From Candidatus Spyradenecus sp. (GTDB lineage Bacteria; Verrucomicrobiota; Kiritimatiellia; RFP12; DVOR01), in NCBI GenBank assembly GCA_045634445.1, contig JAZRAG010000073.1, forward strand, positions 1-48,896: a DNA stretch of 48,896 nt, written 5' to 3'. The notes below the pieces were generated by a model. That model was not told the DNA's origin and searched no databases. It was given only the letters and a program-made list of their open reading frames with translations. Position numbers and translations under genes: made by a program. Shown piece after piece: positions 46,631-48,896 of the stretch. Numbering within the stretch: the first letter of the stretch is position 1; every line of letters starts with the position of its first letter.

Positions 46631-47620
46631 ATGGCATCAATGATCAAGTATTCTCTTGTTATCTTTTTTGTTTATTGGGTACATCTCTGTGCCTTTTCAT
46701 TAACGTTAGGCGAAGCACGGTATTTAGCGAGCGAACGCGCATCTGCTACATTATGGAACGAACTTGAGAAGTCTAAGAAATTAAGCAACTATAGTGCCTT
46801 AAAAGAGATTTATGACAAAAAATTCTCGCCCTTAGAATATCTCATTTCACATGAACAAGAATTGTCGCCAGAAGCATTAAACAGTGCCTATGAAGATGCC
46901 ATTTTGACGGCGGCGGCAATGAGAGATTCCGAATTAGAATTAGCGATTTTGGCTCGCTGGAAGCAGAGACAAAATCGTAATGATTTCCACATCAGGCTCT
47001 TTGAAAACGGATATCGTAATCGAACGATTTCTTTTGAGAACACCTTGTTTCAATGGATTCTTCCAGATAATGGTAAAGTAAATAGAAAAGAACTCTTGAA
47101 CCATTACGATATTTTACGCGAAGAGCAGTGTCATGATATGTCGTCAAGTTTCTGGCAACAGCACCACGATTGTAATGAGAATGGTTTATGCAACAAGGTG
47201 CAGTACCATGAGAGTTCAAAAACGATCACTACATTGTATTTGCGTGACCGTGATAACGGATTGACGCACAAGTTATTTGAATTTGAACATAATTACTACG
47301 GGCAGCAACTTTTTGTCTTACCATCATCGGATGGCAAGAAACTTGCACTTCTCCATGCAAGCATAAATAAATTGGGCGTTAAGATCGTAAAAGAGAGAAT
47401 CGGAGGCGTGGAATGCGCTGTACCTCAGTTGATTTCAGAAGATGTTTTAGAACTTTATGTAGTCGATCTTCAAGCACCAAAAACTCAGACTAAATATGAC
47501 GTTTTACAAAAATGGAATGCTTCATTTTTAAAGAAAAACAATTTAAAGCGATTTAGTTGGCCTAATAGTTCTCAAACACCAATCGTAGATTTTGCACCTT
47601 CCAATCGCTGTTTTGAATGA
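46631..47620 (+). CDS. Secreted hypothetical protein (low GC)
   Basis: 329-aa ORF, GAGG RBS, hydrophobic N-terminus; AT-richer than the core genes. Confidence 0.75.
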   Translation: MASMIKYSLVIFFVYWVHLCAFSLTLGEARYLASERASATLWNELEKSKKLSNYSALKEIYDKKFSPLEYLISHEQELSPEALNSAYEDAILTAAAMRDSELELAILARWKQRQNRNDFHIRLFENGYRNRTISFENTLFQWILPDNGKVNRKELLNHYDILREEQCHDMSSSFWQQHHDCNENGLCNKVQYHESSKTITTLYLRDRDNGLTHKLFEFEHNYYGQQLFVLPSSDGKKLALLHASINKLGVKIVKERIGGVECAVPQLISEDVLELYVVDLQAPKTQTKYDVLQKWNASFLKKNNLKRFSWPNSSQTPIVDFAPSNRCFE

Positions 47621-47776
47621 ACGAAGAGGTGGGAACGAACACGATTCCTGCGTCTCTTGGAATGTACGATAGAAACACGGCCAAACGCGTTCTCTCGGAA
47701 AACGCCACGTATTCTATTGCACTTTTGCGTTGAATAACACGGTAATCCAAATGCGATTGCCACCAACTTTCGGCGA

Positions 47777-48074
47777 TTTCATTTCTTCAATACTTTGTAC
47801 TCTATTTGCCTGGCCGTAACTTATTCATTTGTAATAACTTATCTTGAATATTTTATGGCGGGTAATTTTAGGCTTAAAAACAGTACAATTTGTACTATTC
47901 ATGCAAAATTTAAACACTATAAAATTTTACGGACCAACACTTTAAAAGGTAAACTTCCTCTCGGGAAGCAATCTTAAATCGTACAATTTTTGGCCGGGGA
48001 CTTTTTAGACCAGTCTAGAAACCTTTAGAAAATAGTACGAAAGGCCGAAGAAATGAAACCAATGGTTTTGAAAC
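47777..48074 (+). repeat. Dispersed ~300-bp AT-rich element, copy 3
   Basis: Colinear with 4958-5256 from TTTCATTTCTTCAATACTTTGTAC to TTGAAAC. Confidence 0.95.
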
Positions 48075-48177
48075 GTGATTACGGCTGAATTGAAAAATAA
48101 GAGTGGCTATAGTGTGGATTAATGTGACTTGTGATGGGCATAGAGACAAGTAAACTCGCTTACAGATAACGAGGGCA

Positions 48178-48400
48178 CCACGGGCTAAAAGTCCGTGAAA
48201 TGGGTGGCGTAGCGCTCCTGCTAACATACGCTGCGCGTGGTAAGGCGAGATGCCCTTCGGGCAGAGAAGAGTGAGGAGAACGGAGAAAGAAGTGAGATGC
48301 GCCTATGGCGCAGTGAGGAGTGAGGAGAAAGAAGTGAGGAGAAAGAGGTAAGGGATGTCTGGGTTGGGAGGTGCTGCGAATAGGACTGCGTGCAGTCCCG
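48178..48400 (+). repeat. REP-like hairpins and purine heptamer repeats
   Basis: CACGGGCT-AAA-AGTCCGTG, TGCCCTTCGGGCA and TGCGCCTATGGCGCA hairpins among AGTGAGG/AGAAAGA units; GGACTGC-GT-GCAGTCC. Confidence 0.6.
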
Positions 48401-48517
48401 TTATCTCTTATCTCCCTTGGCCCCTTTGGATGACCGTCTCACGTATTCCCCTCCTCTTCGGCCTTAATGTCCTTGTAATAAAATAGAGCAGCCATGGTAA
48501 CGACTGCTGTAGGTTAA

Positions 48518-48880
48518 TCACTCAGCGATGCCTTGACTTACTTGCGTTGTATCAGCCACACCGCCGCCTGCCATTTCTAACGCACGCATCCGACGACGTC
48601 GCAAGTACAAGGTCAGAAACACCGCCGGCAACCAAAACACTAATCCTAAAAAGGCAATCCACTCGCAGCCACTCAACGTACTCAAAGGGTGATCAATAAA
48701 ATTAAAAGATCCTCGCATAATTGTCACCCAAAGCAACCAAAGAGCTTTGATTACGAGCAGCACCTTCAAAAAATAGCCTTGCGACAAATAAGACCAACAC
48801 CAAAACGTGCGCAGCACCGTCCAATACGCCACAATCGGCAACGTCCAATCAAACGTATCAGGGATCCATTGAAAGGCCAT
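48518..48880 (-). CDS. Hypothetical membrane protein
   Basis: 120 aa with about three hydrophobic segments followed by RRRR; upstream context cut by the window edge. Confidence 0.6.
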   Translation of the reverse strand: MAFQWIPDTFDWTLPIVAYWTVLRTFWCWSYLSQGYFLKVLLVIKALWLLWVTIMRGSFNFIDHPLSTLSGCEWIAFLGLVFWLPAVFLTLYLRRRRMRALEMAGGGVADTTQVSQGIAE

Positions 48881-48896
48881 AATATGTTCGTGCGAC

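Noticed and set aside
47617-47733. 38-codon ORF (MNEEVGTNTIPAS...) overlapping the stop of the secreted gene
   Set aside because: Too short and featureless to support; it could be a truncated remnant next to element copy 3.

Overview
Bacterial chromosomal window of about 50% GC. The BspA/LRR_5 surface proteins with Ig-like domains and an '...AFYK' C-terminal module suggest a gut or rumen PVC organism, probably Kiritimatiellota (inference). Housekeeping loci are folP-cdaA-cdaR...ligA, rpsL-rpsG, carB, ppdK, folD, tRNA-Gln, Lrp plus aminotransferase, and an RluA-family synthase. They alternate with accessory secreted-protein loci: three BspA genes, a coupled ankyrin/Ig-like cassette and an orphan secreted protein. 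The most unusual signals are non-coding. (1) A ~300-bp AT-rich element rich in AGTACAA motifs occurs three times; one copy is wrapped in ~165-bp inverted repeats, and two inverted copies bracket the ankyrin cassette, which is also bounded by a 15-bp direct repeat. (2) 22-bp-period iteron-like arrays sit at three distant sites. (3) There are REP-like or structured GC-rich islands. (4) An apparent saw-tooth G/C skew resets at the repeat-bearing intergenic regions. On the coding side, an 8-gene translationally coupled operon links c-di-AMP synthesis (CdaA/CdaR) to a GldG-like/DUF4340 pair, a PAS histidine kinase, a membrane-anchored pseudokinase and a LigA ending in a clamp-binding-like motif. 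I saw no CRISPR array, reverse transcriptase or intact transposase. All calls come from reading the sequence by eye; no searches were run.
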